NCBI RefSeq assembly: GCF_000446015.1
Contig: NC_022093.1
Coordinates: 720,001-752,000, forward strand
Source of the DNA: Thermofilum adornatum
Lineage (GTDB): Archaea; Thermoproteota; Thermoprotei; Thermofilales; Thermofilaceae
Reading direction: 5' to 3'
DNA: 32,000 nt
Position 1 is the first letter of the stretch; each line of letters starts with the position of its first letter. A model generated the notes under the pieces. The model was not told the DNA's origin and ran no database searches. It saw only the letters and a program-made list of their open reading frames with translations. The translations under genes and the position numbers were made by a program. Shown in pieces: positions 31,549 through 32,000 of this stretch.

Positions 31549-32000
31549 ATGAGTCAGAAAGAAATATTTATAGATCCAATTACGAGGATTGAGGGACACC
31601 TTGCTCTCAGGGCTCTAGTGGACACAGCTACCAGGAAGCCTAGCGACGTCTGGGTATTTGCGACGATGTTTAGGGGTTTTGAGGTGTTCTTGAGGGGGAG
31701 GCCTCCAGAGGACGCTATCCATATTACGTCTAGGATTTGTGGTGTGTGTGGAGCAAGCCATACAAACGCGTCTATGCACGCAGTGGACATGGCTTATGGT
31801 GTTGCACCCGAGCCCCTAGGCGTAGTACTGAGAAACATGGCTTTTGCAATGACCGATGCTCTGTATGACCATCCACTTATCTTGAATATGCTTGGCGGCC
31901 CCGACTACAGCGAGCTGATAGTGAAGAAGCTTACCCCCAGCGTGTGGGATGATGCACAGAAGACGGACGCGCCGCATAGGGACATTCACGGCTTCGCCAA
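31549..32000 (+). CDS. [NiFe]-hydrogenase large subunit; 3' end lies outside the window
   Basis: The ATG at 31549 lies 7 nt after the small-subunit stop and is preceded by GAGGGG. The sequence MSQKEIFIDPITRIEGHLALR...TSRICGVCGASHTNAS contains the N-terminal Ni-binding RxCGxC motif. The frame stays open to the window end. Confidence 0.88.
   Translation, partial: MSQKEIFIDPITRIEGHLALRALVDTATRKPSDVWVFATMFRGFEVFLRGRPPEDAIHITSRICGVCGASHTNASMHAVDMAYGVAPEPLGVVLRNMAFAMTDALYDHPLILNMLGGPDYSELIVKKLTPSVWDDAQKTDAPHRDIHGFA

Noticed and set aside
1-32000. I searched for a CRISPR repeat-spacer array to go with csa3/cas6.
   Set aside because: None of the non-coding stretches (3442-3653, 21074-21214, 24442-24654, 25836-26324, 30057-30284) shows regularly spaced direct repeats of 24-37 nt. 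Only scattered 8-9-mers recur. A by-eye scan cannot exclude a degenerate array.

Overview
This is a gene-dense chromosomal segment, coding on both strands. It looks like it comes from a hyperthermophilic crenarchaeon (Thermoprotei, Desulfurococcales/Pyrodictiaceae-like). That placement is an inference from four things: r-proteins S26e and L10e, Orc1/Cdc6 and FAU-1, CCA-encoding tRNAs with short non-canonical introns, and TATA-like boxes about 27-32 nt upstream of many start codons, which implies leaderless mRNAs.

Most of the content is translation and RNA-processing housekeeping:
- 2-oxoacid:ferredoxin oxidoreductase beta subunit (5' partial)
- TrmJ-like, TrmY and THUMP tRNA methyltransferases
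- Orc1/Cdc6 with a candidate replication origin
- GPN-loop GTPase and a Pcc1-like protein
- L10e, S26e, ArgRS, LeuRS and TrpRS
- a HIT protein, FAU-1, RNase P Rpp21, Nep1 and Pelota
- PEP synthase
- at the right end, a Tat-exported, membrane-anchored [NiFe]-hydrogenase cluster (large subunit 3' partial)

There are four tRNA genes (Glu-UUC, Ser-GGA, Arg-UCG, Ser-GCU). Three of them carry inserts of about 15-17 nt at non-canonical positions. I saw no rRNA gene, transposase, integrase or CRISPR array.

The items most worth a second look are:
1. A 633-aa protein that fuses an ArsR-type wHTH to what looks like a radical-dead class III RNR (NrdD)-like body.
2. An orphan csa3-cas6 pair, next to an unrecognisable 214-aa protein, embedded among tRNA and r-protein genes.
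3. A hydrogenase maturation protease translationally coupled to a degenerate protease-like paralogue, together with a small subunit that has Cys-to-Asn at a proximal-cluster ligand position and a Cys-containing insertion.
4. An unexplained, roughly 480-bp AT-rich spacer between trpS and ppsA that contains one GC-rich nested hairpin.
5. ORB-like boxes upstream of orc1/cdc6.

All family assignments come from reading motifs by eye. No database search was run.
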